This document shows, in pieces, positions 9,375-22,540 of a stretch of 64,000 bases of DNA; the first letter of the stretch is position 1, and each line of letters starts with the position of its first letter. Made by a program: the position numbers and the translations under genes. This DNA is from Hyaloraphidium curvatum SAG 235-1 (taxonomy: Eukaryota; Fungi; Monoblepharomycota). The notes beneath the pieces are model-generated. The model saw only the letters and a program-made list of their open reading frames with translations. It searched no databases and was not told the origin of the DNA. The stretch is from NCBI GenBank assembly GCA_025558095.1, contig JAIVFI010000004.1, forward strand, positions 682,001-746,000, given 5' to 3'.

Positions 9375-12300
9375 TTAACGCGCGGCTTCCATCAGCAGCT
9401 TCTCCGCCTGTGCTGCATGTTGCGTCACAATGCTCAACGCTCCCATCTCCTTCTTCTCCTGGATAGCCACCAGCGACTCCAATGCGCCTTTGACGAGCTG
9501 CTCTCTCCGTTCGTACTGGGCCTTGAGCCGGCGGTACTTGGCCCTCAGGTCGTTCAGCTGCATTCAAACGGTTAGGATTCCCTCAAGCGCGGCTCAGCAC
9601 CGAGCAGACCCACCTCGCCGTCCAATCTCCGCCACGTTTCTCGCTCGCTCTCGAGCTGCGCCCGCATCTCCGTCAGCTGCTCCTTGGCCTCCTGCAGCTG
9701 CCTGTTTGTCGCTTCCGACGCCTCAACAGTCGAAGACCGCAGCTTCGCCGACAGGAGCTGCTGCTCCCGCTCCAGCTCGTGCACGCGACGGGACAGACCC
9801 TCTGCCCTGTCCTCCAGGGCTTCGTTCTCGCGTTGCTGCGCCTTGGCGTTCTCAATCAGCTCGGACACGCGGGCCTTGGCCCCTTGGCGCTCCAGCCGTA
9901 GGCGCTCCTCCACGTCCTGGAGCTGCGCTTCGAGCTGGTTCGCACGGTCCTCGGAGTCCCGAAGCTGGTGCTTGAGCTGCCGCGCCTGAGCGTTCGTGTC
10001 CTGCAGACCGCCGAGGTTGCGTTCGGCTGCCTCCGCGCGAGCCTCGGCCGCCTTGACGCGCTGGTCCAGCATCCGAATCTGAGCCGAGCTCGAGCTGCGG
10101 GCGTTGAGAAGCGAGTCGATCTCGGACTGCAACGTCGCGAGCTGGTCCTTGAAGGATGCCATGTGCGACTGGCACTGCGATTGGCACAAATGCCTCGGGC
10201 GCCACGACGAGCCTACCTGCGTCCGTTCCAGGTCGAAGCTCGTCTGATTGTACAGGTCAGACAGCTGCTGCTGCTTTCCGTTGGCCCTGTGCGCCATGTT
10301 CTCGAGGTCGTCGATGTTTGTAAATTGCGACTGCAGGTTGGACTCGAGGTTCTGAATCTTTCGCCGGCAGGCTTGGACCGCATCCATCAACCCGCTTTGC
10401 ACAGAGCCGACCCAGTTCTCGAGATCGACGAGGCCCCCGATAATGTCGGGCTGACCGCCCTGGTCGAGGGCGTGTCCCGCACCCGTCATCTGCAAGATGT
10501 CGCCCAGACGGCGTTCCACCCTGTTCAGGAGGTCGTGCTGGCTATCGACCTGCGATTGGAGATCCTCGACCGTGGCGGACGTGCTCTTGCTGCGCTGCTT
10601 CTCGTTCTTGAGCTGCGATTCCAGATGACGGGAGGAATCCTGCCACGATCGAATGTCCTGCAGAGGACACGGCAAGTAAGAGGTAATTCCCAACGATGCC
10701 GGCAGTCAGACCGGACCTGCTTCTGGGTCTCGCACACTGTCCGCAGTTCCTCCACAGTCGAACTGAGCTCCGCAATGCGATCCGTCTGCTGGTTCAGCTC
10801 CCGAACGTTGGCGTCGTTGGCCGACCCGAGCGTCTCCAACCTGGCCTCGTAAGAGGCCAGAGTGGCCCGTAGCTCCTTGACGGTTGCGGTGGCGTGACCG
10901 AGCTCCGCAGCCAGGCGCTCGTTCTCCTTCGACACCGACGTGCTCTCGCGCGTATGCCGATGCGCAACGTCGTCGAGCTGCTGCTGAAGTCCATCGGCTT
11001 CGGCACGAAGTCGGACTATCTCCAGCCGCGACTGCTCGCGCTGCTCGCCCAGTGCCTCCAAGTCTTCCTGGTACTGCCGAATGCGAGAGTCGTGCTGCTG
11101 GCGCAGGTTCGCCAGCGAGGTCTGCAGCGCGCCGATCTCGTCCTGAAGCTGCTGGTTCTTCGATGCAAGGTGTTTTCGCTCGCGCTCGCCGGCGGTAAGC
11201 GTCTCCTGGTACTTGCGCTCGGATTCGTCCGAAAGCTGGTGGTTTTCGGCGAGCTCATGCTTGAGGTTTGCCGCGGCAGCATCGAGTTCGTCGATTTGGT
11301 CCTTGAGCGAGTTGTTCTCCTCCTCGAGGAGCCGGAGCTGATTGTCGGCTGCCGAGAGCTTCTGCCGGTAACCCTGGATTTCCTGTGAAGGAGTGGTCAA
11401 GCGCGGTCCAAAGAACGGTTGAAGAAAAACGCACCTCAAGCATCCGCTTCGCCTGGCTCGCGGCATCCGCATCGGACCTCATCATTGTGGCCTTCATCTC
11501 GCCGACCTGATTGATCAAACCCTGCAGGTCCTCCTGCATAGCGAGCTCTCTGGCATCCGATTGTGCAAGGACCTTTAGAAAAATCGTGAGGCGAGAAAGG
11601 CTCAAGGCGACAGCGAGCGCGCCTCACGCACCTCCTCGTACTTGCTCTTCCAGACGGCCTCCCTGTCTTCGACCTCCATCCGCCACAAGGAATCGTCCTT
11701 CTCGTACAGCATCCGCATCCGCCTGTTGACCGTCTTCTCCTCCTTGAGCTCCTTGGCGAACTTGAGGGCGACCCGCACGGCGCCGTAGAGCACATTCCGG
11801 AGGTCCAGCATGGTCTGCTGCTCCGGATCTGCGGCTGCGAAGGAAGAGCGCCGGGAATTGTACTCCTCGTCCGAGTCGAAGTCCGTTCCGAAGCGCTCCT
11901 GCAGGTCGTTGATCATGTTCTGAAGGCTGGCGACGTCCTGTTGCAATAGTACGAACTTGAGCCACGAGCACCGCCAACGATCAATGTGAGACCAACCCGC
12001 TCAAAGTGTTCGTCCGCGAACTTGTCCAGCTCCGCGGTATCCGCGGCATCCAAGTCCACGTCCCGCTGGCCCGGCGTCCGCGGCTTGTCTGACGGCGGCG
12101 TGCGAACCTCTGCCCTGTTCAACGGAGTCGTCGCTGCTTGCCGCGGCGGCGCCTCCTTGGCGCGCGCGAGTTGCTCCCGCAGGGAAGCAAGCAAAGACTC
12201 CTTGGCCCGCAACTCGGCCTCGAGCTCCCGCACGCGCTCGGAGGACCGCCGGACGGCCTCCTCGGTGGCGTCCAGGCGCTCCGAAACCTCAGAGCCGCGG

Positions 12301-14180
12301 GCTGCAGACGCCGCGGCAGCATCCAGCTCCCCTTGAGCCCTGTGGAGCTCGGCCTCCGAGTCCTCGGCAGCGGAGCGGAATTTCTCCACGTCGACACGCA
12401 TCCTCCCGACCTCCGACTCGGCCCTCTCCGCCGCCAAGCGCAAAGCGTTCGCCTCCTCCGCTGCTTCTTTCCTCGTTCTCTCCAGCTCCGCATTGAGCCT
12501 GGCAACCTCGGCCTCGAGCCTCGCCGCCGCCTCCCCATCCTTCATCTCCATCCCCGCCAGCTCGACAACCTGCCTCGTCAGCTCGTCCACCTGGCTTCTG
12601 AACGCCTGCAGCTCCCTCGCGTCGCGGTCTCCGTCGGCCTTGGCCTTGGCGAGCTCGGCGCGGGCCGCGGCGAGCTGCCCGTGGAGCCCGTCGGCCTCGC
12701 GGCGGAGCTGCTCCGAGCCGGCGCCGGCCTCGCGGGCGCGCGACTCGGCCTCCTCGACCTCGGCGACGAGAGATTGGATGCGGAACTCGTAGTGCGAGCG
12801 GAGGCGCTCCTTCTCGTCGCGGTACTGCGCGACGATGTCCTCCAGTTCTGCGAGCCGGGCTGCGGCGTCGGGGTCGGCGGGCGGGTGAGATTCCAGGTCC
12901 GCCATGCGCTGCAGTCAGGCCGTGCGCCGATCAGTGACGAGACCCGCAACCAATTTGCTGCGAGGCCCACGTCGCGCAGTTCCCTGACTTCCCGCTCCCT
13001 CTCGCCGATCTCCCGCAGCAGCCGCTCGCGCTCCCCGTCCATCTGTCCCGCCGAGTCCCTGAGTATTCTCAGCTCCTCCGTTGCCCTGCGGGCCGCAGCT
13101 TCGGCCTCCTCGACCCGGGAGAGAGCAGCACGGGCCGCGATCTGGGCGTCCTGCGCCGCGCGGTCGGCTTCGCGGGCCGCCCGCTCCGCGTCCTCGGCCC
13201 GTCTGGCCTCCTCGTCCGCCCGCCGGGCCTCTTCCTCGGCCCGGTTAGCTTCCTCCTCCGCCCTCCGTGCCTCGTCTTCAGCACGCGCTGCAGCGTCGTC
13301 CGCCCGGCGCGCCTCCTCGTCTGCCCTCCGCACTTCCTCCTCGACCCGCTGTACGGCCTCGTCGAGCGCCCTCTCGAGGTCCTCGACGGCACGCAACGCC
13401 AAGCCCTCCCTGTTCTCTGCCTCTTCCGCCCGCTCGGCGGCCCGCGAATAGCGTTCCATCTCGGCCCTCAGAGCGCGGGCCTCGGCCTCGGCCGTCTCCC
13501 GCTCGGCGCGGTCCGCATTGCGGGACGCCAGCGCGGCGTCCCTCGCGTCCTCCGCGTCGCGGACGGCGCGGTCGGCCCGGTCGAGGTCCGCGATCAGGGA
13601 GTCGCGGTCCAGGGTCAGCTGGTGGATGGTGGTCTTGTGCTCGGCATTCTGCGACGGAAATGCGCCCCGTCAGCCCCCAGCACGCAGAGCTGTGCAGCGT
13701 AGCGCACCTCCTTGATCGCCTCGTGCAGGGTTCCGGGGGAGTTGCGCTCGAGCTTCTCCTCGAGGTAGTAGATTTTGAGCTTCAGCGAGAAGTTCTCCTT
13801 CTTCAGGTCGTCAATGAGCTGCACAAGCGGCGTCAGATGGCTCTAGCAATGCACTGCAGAGTGCTGGTGGCCCCTGCCTTCTCGGTCTGCTTCAGGCCGA
13901 AGCCGGCCTGGGGTTGGGCCCCCTGCGCCGGCGACACCTGCGTCTCTGGGCGGCCCCTGCCTGCGTCCGCGGGGCCCAGCGACAGCCTGTGGCGCGGGCC
14001 GGAGGCGGCGGCGTGCGCGGCGGGCTGAGACGCGGCGGCCTTGCCGCGCGGCGTCGGGGAGCCCGTGGCGGACGCGGGCGCGGCGGTGCGCGGCGGCGCG
14101 GGCGTGAAGAACGCGTTGTCGCCGCCGTCGTCGCCGTCGTCCGACAGCAGGTCGACCGACACGTCGCCCGGGAACGCCAT
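9375..14180 (-). CDS. Long coiled-coil gamma-tubulin-complex receptor with centrosomin motif 1 (Mto1/ApsB/centrosomin-like), multi-exon; 3' end approximate
   Basis: CM1 motif LKQTEK|LIDDLKKENFSLKLKIYYLEEKL, followed by about 1300 aa of heptad-rich sequence in successive minus-strand exons. Confidence 0.75.
13170..13400 (-). repeat. Coding 21-bp (7-aa) imperfect tandem repeat EEEARRA/DEEARRA within the CM1 protein
   Basis: Translation ...VEEEVRRADEEARRADDAAARAEDEARRAEEEANRAEEEARRADEEARRAED... Confidence 0.7.
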
Positions 14181-15104
14181 GCCGGGCGAGCCGCGGAGAG
14201 TCGGGGATCCGGAGCAACGGTTCGGGCGTGGCCGCGGCGCACGCCGCGACAACACTAAGTCCACAAGCCCGCCCGGACACCTGCAGCGCTAGCAGATTCG
14301 GAATGAAATGGCAGTAGGAAGATACAGACAAGCTCTGCTACGGCGCATGTGCGTTTAGTCCCTGATCCCCAACGCCTTTTGGCGAGGTGTGGACACGCCG
14401 TCTCCTGCGGCCGCCAGAGCCATAAACAGAGTGCTGCAGCACTGTCCGACGCGGTCCGCTGTACTCTCATTACCGGCGGCTCCACGTACCTTTGCGTTTC
14501 GAGCGTCTGTCGTTACTCCCATTGGTGCGGACCCCTGAAAAAGGCCCATCCGCGCCGAGAGCGAACGTTCGCTGCCTTTCCGCCCGGGGCTCCGAACCTG
14601 TTCGGCCACATCCGGACCACGAAGCGAAGCATTCAATTGCTCCGGCCCATCCGAAAGCGGATCCAGGCAGCAAAGCATGGGGATTCCGGAGGCCCGAGAA
14701 CGCATTGGACGGGGTACCGCGCCAAAAGCAGGGCGGACCGGCGGCCGAACGATTCACTGGACCTGGCTGGAAGGAGGTTGCTGCTCTTGAGATGTGCTTT
14801 TGAAGCCGCAGGCCGTCGCGTCCGCGATGTGTCAATTCGCGCACTCTAGCCGGGCTTCCTTGGCCGGAGGAGCATTTTCGGCGGGACTGCGGGAGATCCA
14901 GCAGATTGAAAGCCGGGCAATGGGCAGTTTCAGAGACTAAGCACTTCTAAAAGTTGCTTTTTGTGGTTCAGAAAGATTGCCAGTCCATTTGCTGGCCACT
15001 TGGTGCGAGTGATCGCTGACGTGTGGGAGACATAACGACTCGACCATTTCCCGACGGGAGCTGGGCGATGTTCCGCCGCTCCGTGTTTGCCGCCGACTCG
15101 GACG

Positions 15105-18100
15105 ATGGAGAAGACTTGCCCGCCGGGAGCGCCGGTGCGGCGCGGCCGGCCGTGGTCGCGGGAAGGAAGCAGTGACGCCTCTCGGAACCGGGGCCGGCAA
15201 CGAGTGGTGGCCCCGGGCCCCGGCCGGAACCTTCCCCGCCGTGCATCGCAAAAGCGTTTTCGAAATCGATTCCGACGACGAGGATGACGAGCCCGTCCGA
15301 GGCCCGGCGGCCGCGCCCGCGGCGGTGGCCGGGGCCGTGGCGGGGCACTCGGGCGCCGGCAGGAGCCAGGGGTTCAAGCGGGCGCTCTCGATCAGATCCG
15401 ACGACGACGGCGGCGGGGGAAACGCGGCTTCCGGGGCGCCCCGAAGCGGCCGACTGCCACCAAGAAGCCTCTCCAGGTCGTCGACCTAACGCAATCCTCC
15501 GATGACGAGGACGACGACGTGCAAATCAAGGAGGAAAAGAAGGACATCAAGACCGAGGACGTCAAGGCGGATGCGGAAATGATCGGAAGCGGCGAGCTCT
15601 ACTCGCGGTACACGCCGTTCTCCACCGAGGGCGCCCCGCACCCGACCGGCCTCGTCGAATCGACGTCTCTTGCATCGGTATGCATCTTTCTGCGTCGATT
15701 GTGCTTCGCAAGCAGTCGCTAGACTCTGTTCACCGTCAGGTTTCCATCCCGGCCTCCGCGAAGGCGTTCAAGCTCTCGTTCGACGCCGGAAACAGCGGGC
15801 TTTCGAACGAGCAGATCGATGCCCTCAAGGCCATCGGGGCCCGCACGGAGCGCTTCCTGCCCGCCGGGAGCGGCTCGACCCGTACGCGAGCCGGGCTCCT
15901 GCTCGGGGATGGAACGGGAGTGGGCAAGGGACGGATCGCCGCGGGCTTCATCAAGGATCTGTGGATGCGGGGGATTCGGAGGTTCTTGTGGATCACAATC
16001 ATCAAGGCGCTGGTGGACGATGTGGAACGCGATCTCAAAGACGTCGGCGTGACTGATCTCCACGGCTTTGCGCTTTTGGAACTGGATGAGGTGAGATCTC
16101 GCAAGCTGGCACTTGCCCGTCAGTGACGCCTTGCGTGTTGCCGCCGCAGCTGAAGCCCAAAGATATCGTCGGGCCGCGTACGGAGGACGGGGCACTTTTC
16201 TCAACGTAAGTTCACGGTCGCCGAAGGAGAAGCGCGATTGAAGCTGATTTTCTGCATCGTCCAGATATGCCCTCCTGGTCCGCGACGACCGCTTCAAGCA
16301 AGTCAAGCGATACCTCACCACGGGCCCGAACGGCAAGGGGGCGATCATCTTCGACGAGTCCCATAGGCAAGGGCTGGACGCGGACGTCGTGGCCCGCTAA
16401 CTCACACGCCGGTCTGTCCCAGGGCCAAGAATGCTGAGAAGACTGCCACGGGGCGTGCCGTGATGCGACTGCAGGAGGAGCTGCCAGACGTTTATGTTCT
16501 CTACATGCTTGTGTCAGCAAGGAATTGCTTTGACCTTTGTGCTGACTATTGTCTGTTCCCAGGTCTGCAACGGCGGCGACGACCTTCCAGCAACTCGACT
16601 ACATGCCGCGTCTCGGCCTCTGGGGGCCCGGAACACCCTTCAGCACTTTCAAGGACCTGTCCGACACCCTCAAGAAATCCTCGGGGAGGGCGGCGCTCGA
16701 GAGCGTGGCCGTGGACTGCAAGGCAATGGGATCGTACTTGGCTCGTTCGCTCAACCAGGAGGGAAATGTGAGAAGTGATTTCCTTGGCTCTGATGGACGT
16801 TCCTGACTGTTATGGACAGACGTTCGAGATCAGGCCGGTCGAGCTGCAGGACACCTTCGTACAGACTTATGACAGGGTGATCGAGTTGGTGGTTGCTCTT
16901 TTCGGCATCACCAGGAGATGGGCCTCGATCTCGGAGTTCCTGGACGATCCTTTGAAGAAGCGAGCCGTGGGCATGCAGTTCTTTGCATTCGCCCTGCGTT
17001 TGTGTCGGTCTGTGGTGGTATCTGCCAAGATTCCCGAGCTCGTCAAGATCGTTGAGCAATCTGTGCAGAACGACAAGTCCGTCATCATCTACCTTGCTTC
17101 GTGGGTTGCCCTGCCACTGCATGGTGCGTCGTTCTGAAGCTGGGCCTTTAGAACTGGCGAAGCGCAGACGGACCGCAAGCTCCTCCACGGAGATCCCGAC
17201 GGCTTCGTCGAAAACGCCGACGACGAAGAAGAGCTGGACGACGGTGTCTCGGGTCTCGCATCGGCCCCTTTAGTAAGGCTACAAGCTACGTCGTGGAAGG
17301 ACCGTATTCATTTCCGCTTTTCAGGGAATGCTGAAGGACACGCTTTCGTGGCTCATGTGCCGCATCCTCAAGGCGCCCGAAGGAGATCCGCCAGAGGGCA
17401 AGCTGTGGCCGAAATGGGTCAAGCCGAGTCGCCTGCCCAACGTCGAGGATCTGGACGTGGATGACGGCGAGAAAATGCGAGTGGGTTTCGAACTCGACAG
17501 GATCATGGCCATGGCGCGGACAAGCGGGGTGAGCAACATGCGAACATCGGGTCCGCGAGCAAGTCGACTGACGACACGTCCTTGAGATTGACGCGATTGC
17601 GAACCCACTCGACAAGATCATTGAGGCCTTGGGAGGCACCTCGAAGGTCTGCGCAGCTCGTGCGCATCTCTTCACTGCTAAAGTGCATGTTCACCCTAGG
17701 TTGCGGAGTTGACAGCTCGCAAGCACCGACTTGTTCCGGATGGCCGAGGTCGCTACATTGCGGAACCGAAGCCTTCGAGCGATAAAGAGTTCCGCGCTTT
17801 TCGCAACGAAAGGAAGCTTGTCGTCATCGTCTCGGATGCCTTCTCGAGCGGCGTTTCTCTGCACGCGAGCCCGAAGTTTCGTAACAAGAGGAAGCGCGGT
17901 TCGTGCTCGTTCTGCAGCCGTTTGTGCTATATCACACTGCACAGTGAACGTTCCTTTGGAGCTGCCTTACTCGGGGGATCGGTTCTTCCAAGTCCTTGGT
18001 CGCGCAAGCCGCGCCGATCAGGTCCATCCGGTGGAGAACGTGTTGCTTTCGACGGTTCTTGCGGGCGAGAACCGGTTCTTCAACGCAGTCGCATCCAAAG

Positions 18101-19704
18101 CCACTTCGATGGGTGCTCTAACCAAAGTGAGTCCATGCTTTGTCACGCTTGCGCTTCGGTGGTGCGCTGATGCCCTTCAAATGCCAGGGAGATCGGCGGG
18201 CCTGCGACCAGACCGCTACTGTTCTAACGGCATACGACCAGGAATCTCCCGCTGGCCTGCAAGCGCTCTACCTCACGCTCGCCGTTGTGATGGAGAACCA
18301 GCTGAAAGACGAAGATTTCGAGTCCGTGCCGACGCGTATGTTTCCCCGCGGCATATGGAGACAGGCGGAGCTGGAGCTGGACGACGTCCCCGTGCCATCG
18401 TTCTGCGGCGATGTTCACCGGTTCCTCACGGATCTATTTGTTGGCCTGGACGCGAGCGGCTTCATCCCCGGTCTCCTGAGAAAGATACCGGAGTTTTCCG
18501 ACTACGAGGAACCTTTGGTCGATACGCTCCCAACTGGGAAGCTCAACCGCACGTACTGCAAGGTCTCGAAGCTGCAGAATCGCATTCTGCTTCTGCCTGT
18601 CAGACTTCAATCGCCTTGCTGTAAGCTGTTGTTGCATTGATGCCCAGTTTGTGGTCTAACTTGCTGACTCGCTCAAGGGGACCTCTTCCTTCTCGCGCTG
18701 GACAGGGTCACGGCGTTTATGGAGAGCCAAGGCGACGCTTTGCACGACCGTGAGATCAAGGACTTGGGCCTCGGCACGCAAAAGGTCGTGGTGGGAACGC
18801 CGACTGTGGTGATGTTCAACCGCGGGCTTGCAATGACCACGAAGGTTGCTGAGGTTTGTTCGGCCAACGTCAGCGTTCCTTCTGTCTTGCAGAGAAACTG
18901 AGTCACTCGCATTCCACACAGGTCACGGTGGATGAGGGTGTTCGATTTGCCGCGGCGCAGTCCCTTCTCTCCAAGCGATCGGGCGGCCTGTCCGGATTCT
19001 ATCTGAAGAAAGGCCAGCCGCACCTTCTTTTGGATTATCGCGGCGTCGGGGGCGCGATTCGGGACCTCAGTGCGGCTGAAGGTTGGATGGGCAACAAGTA
19101 CACTGACTATCAGGTTCGGGGTTACAAGGCGAGTTCCGCGTCAACCGGCGGTTTTCCTGTGTGTGGTCGCTCATCCTATTGCAGAAGGTGCAGACGATCG
19201 AGGCCAGTTTCAGGCAGGAATGGGATCGGAATGTCGAGCGGTACAAGAGCGATCGGACGAACACCCACGTGGTCGTCTACGGGCACCTGCTTGCCGTTTG
19301 GAAAAGCCTGCTCCACCTCGTTCTCAACGTTCGCAACGCCAACCGGTCTCAGGGCCGCAAGATCAAGACGATCAAGTGGGGCCTTCCATGCGATCCGCTC
19401 GCGCGATGCTAATTGTTCCTGCCATGAACCACGAACCAGAGCGAACGTGGTCCGCGTCCACGATACGAGCTCGGCAAGCGCTGAGGGGGCACCGCGCCGG
19501 TTCATCGGGGTGTCGGTGCCGCACAGGTCCAAGTCGACAGTGGTGAAGCACCTTCGAGAGGAGCTCAAGGTGCTGCAGGGCTCGATGCAGGTCTTTGACG
19601 TGACCGACGACGAGGGAGGAGACGATCTGATGGATGAAGATGAAGAGGGAGCTTACGGATTGGTGGAATTTGATGACGACCAGGACGACGGGGGAGAGTG
19701 GTAG
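15105..19704 (+). CDS. SBNO: Strawberry notch (SBNO)-family DExH-like NTPase, many introns; 5' structure uncertain
   Basis: HPTGLVESTSLASV, LSNEQ, GLLLGDGTGVGKGR (Walker A), IIFDESH|RAKN, NPLDKIIEALGG..VAELT.RK, SDAFSSGVSLHA, ELPYSGDRFFQVLGRASRADQV, MGALTKGDRRA. Confidence 0.88.
16367..16422 (+). other. Non-canonical GC-AG intron splitting the DESHRAKN motif of SBNO
   Basis: CAT AG|gcaagg...gctaac...tcccag|G GCC AAG AAT restores H-R-A-K-N; branch point GCTAAC at 16396-16401. Confidence 0.75.
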
Positions 19705-19757
19705 CTTTTTCAGTGGGAAGGAGTGCTTCGTAGCGTGAAATGGGATCTTGGAGCTCT

Positions 19758-19813
19758 TCGCGGACGCCTCGCGATGATCGGGCTGTCGCGGACGCCTCGC
19801 GATGATCGGGCTG
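19758..19813. repeat. Perfect 28-bp tandem duplication in the intergenic DNA
   Basis: tcgcggacgcctcgcgatgatcgggctg at 19758-19785 and again at 19786-19813. Confidence 0.9.
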
Positions 19814-19965
19814 GCGGCGGTTGGGGACCACAGCACCACCCCGAATCATTTCGCACCCGCTCGCGTCCCGTTCCTCAGATGCCTGCTTTGCTGCCGGCAT
19901 GTGGATTCTGAAGTCCTCTTGAGTTCCTGGGCCCGGGATCCGGCGCTCACGGAGCGGGGACCAGC

Positions 19966-22526
19966 ATGGGCGACCGGTGGCAGGAGCAACCCGACCCCCG
20001 CGTCGCGTACTACGGCCCGCCGGGGGACGACAGAGCGCGCGCCGCGAACCAAAATGTGCCGCCGCGGCAGTCGAAGGAGCACAAGGACGGGTCGGTCGCG
20101 ATGCAGCAGTACAGGAACCCGCAGGCGCCGCCCGCGAAGGGGCAAGCGCAGCGGGCGCCGCGGGACCTCGAGGCGCCTTCGGAGAGGGACAGAGATCGGC
20201 CGCGCAGGCCCAAGGACTCGGACTGCAGGGAAGGCGGACAGCGACCTCCCGACCGCGGTCAGCGCTACGACGGGCCGCGCGACGCGCCTCCCCGCGACGA
20301 CGCCCCGCGCGACGGTCCGAACCGCGACGACCGCCCGGTCAAGGCCACGCAGAAAATGACTCAGGCTCCTCCAGATGACGACGAGCTCGTCATCATCACG
20401 GAGATGGTCCCCAACAAGCGCAGAAAGACGGACGAATCGGCGGGAGGACGGCGCACCCTGCCCGGCGGCGACGTTGATCGGCCCCCGCGGCCGCACAGCA
20501 ATCCAACCGCCGGATTTATGCCGCGTGACATGCAAGAGGGCATGAAAGGTCGGCGCGACGACTCTTACGACGGTGCGAAGGGGCGACAGGGTTACCGGGA
20601 CCAGCGCCAGCGAGATCCTTCCCGGAGGATGGAGGATCCACGTGCGCAATCTGATGGACGGAGCGGAGAACAAGGACACGGAAGGCAGCGCGGGCCGGAT
20701 CCGGATCTGCCAGCCCCGAAGGGTTCCCCTTCGAGAGCCGTGCCCTCGTATGCGGGAGGGTTTGAGCGGGCAAGGAACTACGGTGACAATGCTTCACCCC
20801 CACGGGCGGGGCACGCAATGCCGCGCGGATCTCCAGCACGGGCGCCTGCCTCAAAGCCGGTGCAGCAGTCGCTCGCCCCAATCTTCCCTCCGAGCGCAGC
20901 GCAGCAAGCTCCCGCCAAGAACGTTTCCCCACCCATTCCAGAGCCCGCTGCCCCTGCAGCACCGTCAACGCTCGAGCATGTGGAGGAGCCTGCTGGAAAC
21001 CCCGCCCCCAAACAGCCGCGGAAGAAGCAGCTCGCTGAGGTACCCGTTGGACAGGAGTCCTTTGTGACGGCCAAGCAACAGCTGGTAGGCGCAGCTTTCC
21101 CCGTTACCATGCACTGTCTCCCACGTTTCTGCAGCTCAACGACAAGGGCAACATGCAGCGCAAGCTGAGCTACGAACCCCACCCCGACAACCCACCGGAG
21201 CCGCCTTCGGAACCTCCGCGCCAGCAGGGCCGCAAGTTCCGCCCCCCCTTGATGGACCAGGACGCTGGCGGAGGGCGTGCTCCGTCCAAACTGCCAAATC
21301 TCGTCGTGGCTGCGTCCAAGCATCAGCAGCCTGCCGCTCCAGTGGACGAGCGCCTTCGACATCTCGAACCGAGGATGATCGAAGCCATCGAAAGCGAGAT
21401 GGTCGGTCCCGGGGACAATACAATCACCTGGGACGACATTGCCGGGTATGTCGCGTTTGCTCGGGGCGGCACCGCCGTTCCTGCCTCACGATCGCTGTCG
21501 CAGCCTCGAGCACGCCAAACAATCCATCAACGAGGCGATCATCCTCCCGATGCTCCGGCCTGACATCTTCAACGGTCTGCGCGCGCCGCCCAAGGGTGTC
21601 CTCCTCTACGGACCCCCTGGCACCGGAAAGACGTTGCTGGCCAAGTGCATCGCACGCCAGTGCCGGACGTCTTTCTTCTCAATCTCGAGCTCCAGCCTGA
21701 CGAGCAAGTGGATCGGCGACGGCGAGAAGGTGAGATCGCCAGAGCTCTTGCTATTGCGGCCGCTGACCAGTGCACCAAGATGGTCAAGTGCCTCTTTGCC
21801 GTTGCTCGCGTCCGCCAGCCAGCTGTCATCTTCGTGGACGAGCTCGACTCGCTCTTGTCGTCCCGTACCGAGGGCGAAAACGACAGCGCGCGGAGGATGA
21901 AGACCGAGTTCCTGATCCAGTTCGATGGCTGCGCGACCTCGGAAAGCGACAGGGTGCTGGTGATCGGTGCGACCAACAGGCCCGGGGAGCTGGATGACGC
22001 TGCGAGGAGAAGGTTCAGAAAGAAGCTCTGTGAGCAAACCATGTCTTCGGAGGCAAGCTATCCTGCGGCTAACCGAGTCTTTGCGCCAAGACATCCCGCT
22101 ACCAAACAAGGAGGCGCGGAAGCGGCTGCTCAGTGAGCTCATCGCGAGTGCGCAGCTTTCAGAGCTAACATCCCGGCACAGAGAACTTGCTGCTCAAGGT
22201 GCCAAACAACCTCACGGAGCAGGAGATCGACACCGTCTGCGATCGCACGGAGGGCTACAGCGGCAGCGACCTAGACCAGACCGTCCGCGAAGGTAGCCCG
22301 TTCGCATGTGACTCCCAGTTCAATCGCTGACTATGCTGCAGCCGCCCTGGGACCCATCCGCAACATGGCATTCGAGGAGATCGAAAAGATGGCGGTGGAT
22401 CAGCTGCGGCCCGTGAGCATGGCGGACTTCGACGCCGCGCTGACCCAGATCAAGGCGAGCGTCAGCCCTAAGGACCTGGCGGGCTACGAGGAGTTTGAGA
22501 AGATGTTTGGGAGCAGCAGGTCCTAG
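19966..22526 (+). CDS. FIGNL1: Fidgetin-like AAA ATPase with a long disordered N-terminus, multi-exon
   Basis: [95 protein letters not shown], and FVTAKQQL. Confidence 0.88.
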
Positions 22527-22540
22527 ATTAGAGCTACACA

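Noticed and set aside
14300-15050. Longer intergenic stretches (also 6300-6730, 52700-53500, 63100-63800) as possible ncRNA or hidden genes
   Set aside because: No tRNA, rRNA or snoRNA signature or convincing coding pattern could be seen by eye; an Infernal scan would be needed.
15105-19704. SBNO-like helicase as a prokaryotic or phage defence/anti-restriction gene, with nearby methyltransferases as a restriction-modification system
   Set aside because: The gene has many spliceosomal introns, and the methyltransferases are membrane-anchored FkbM/Methyltransf_22/24 types without DNA-methyltransferase motifs.
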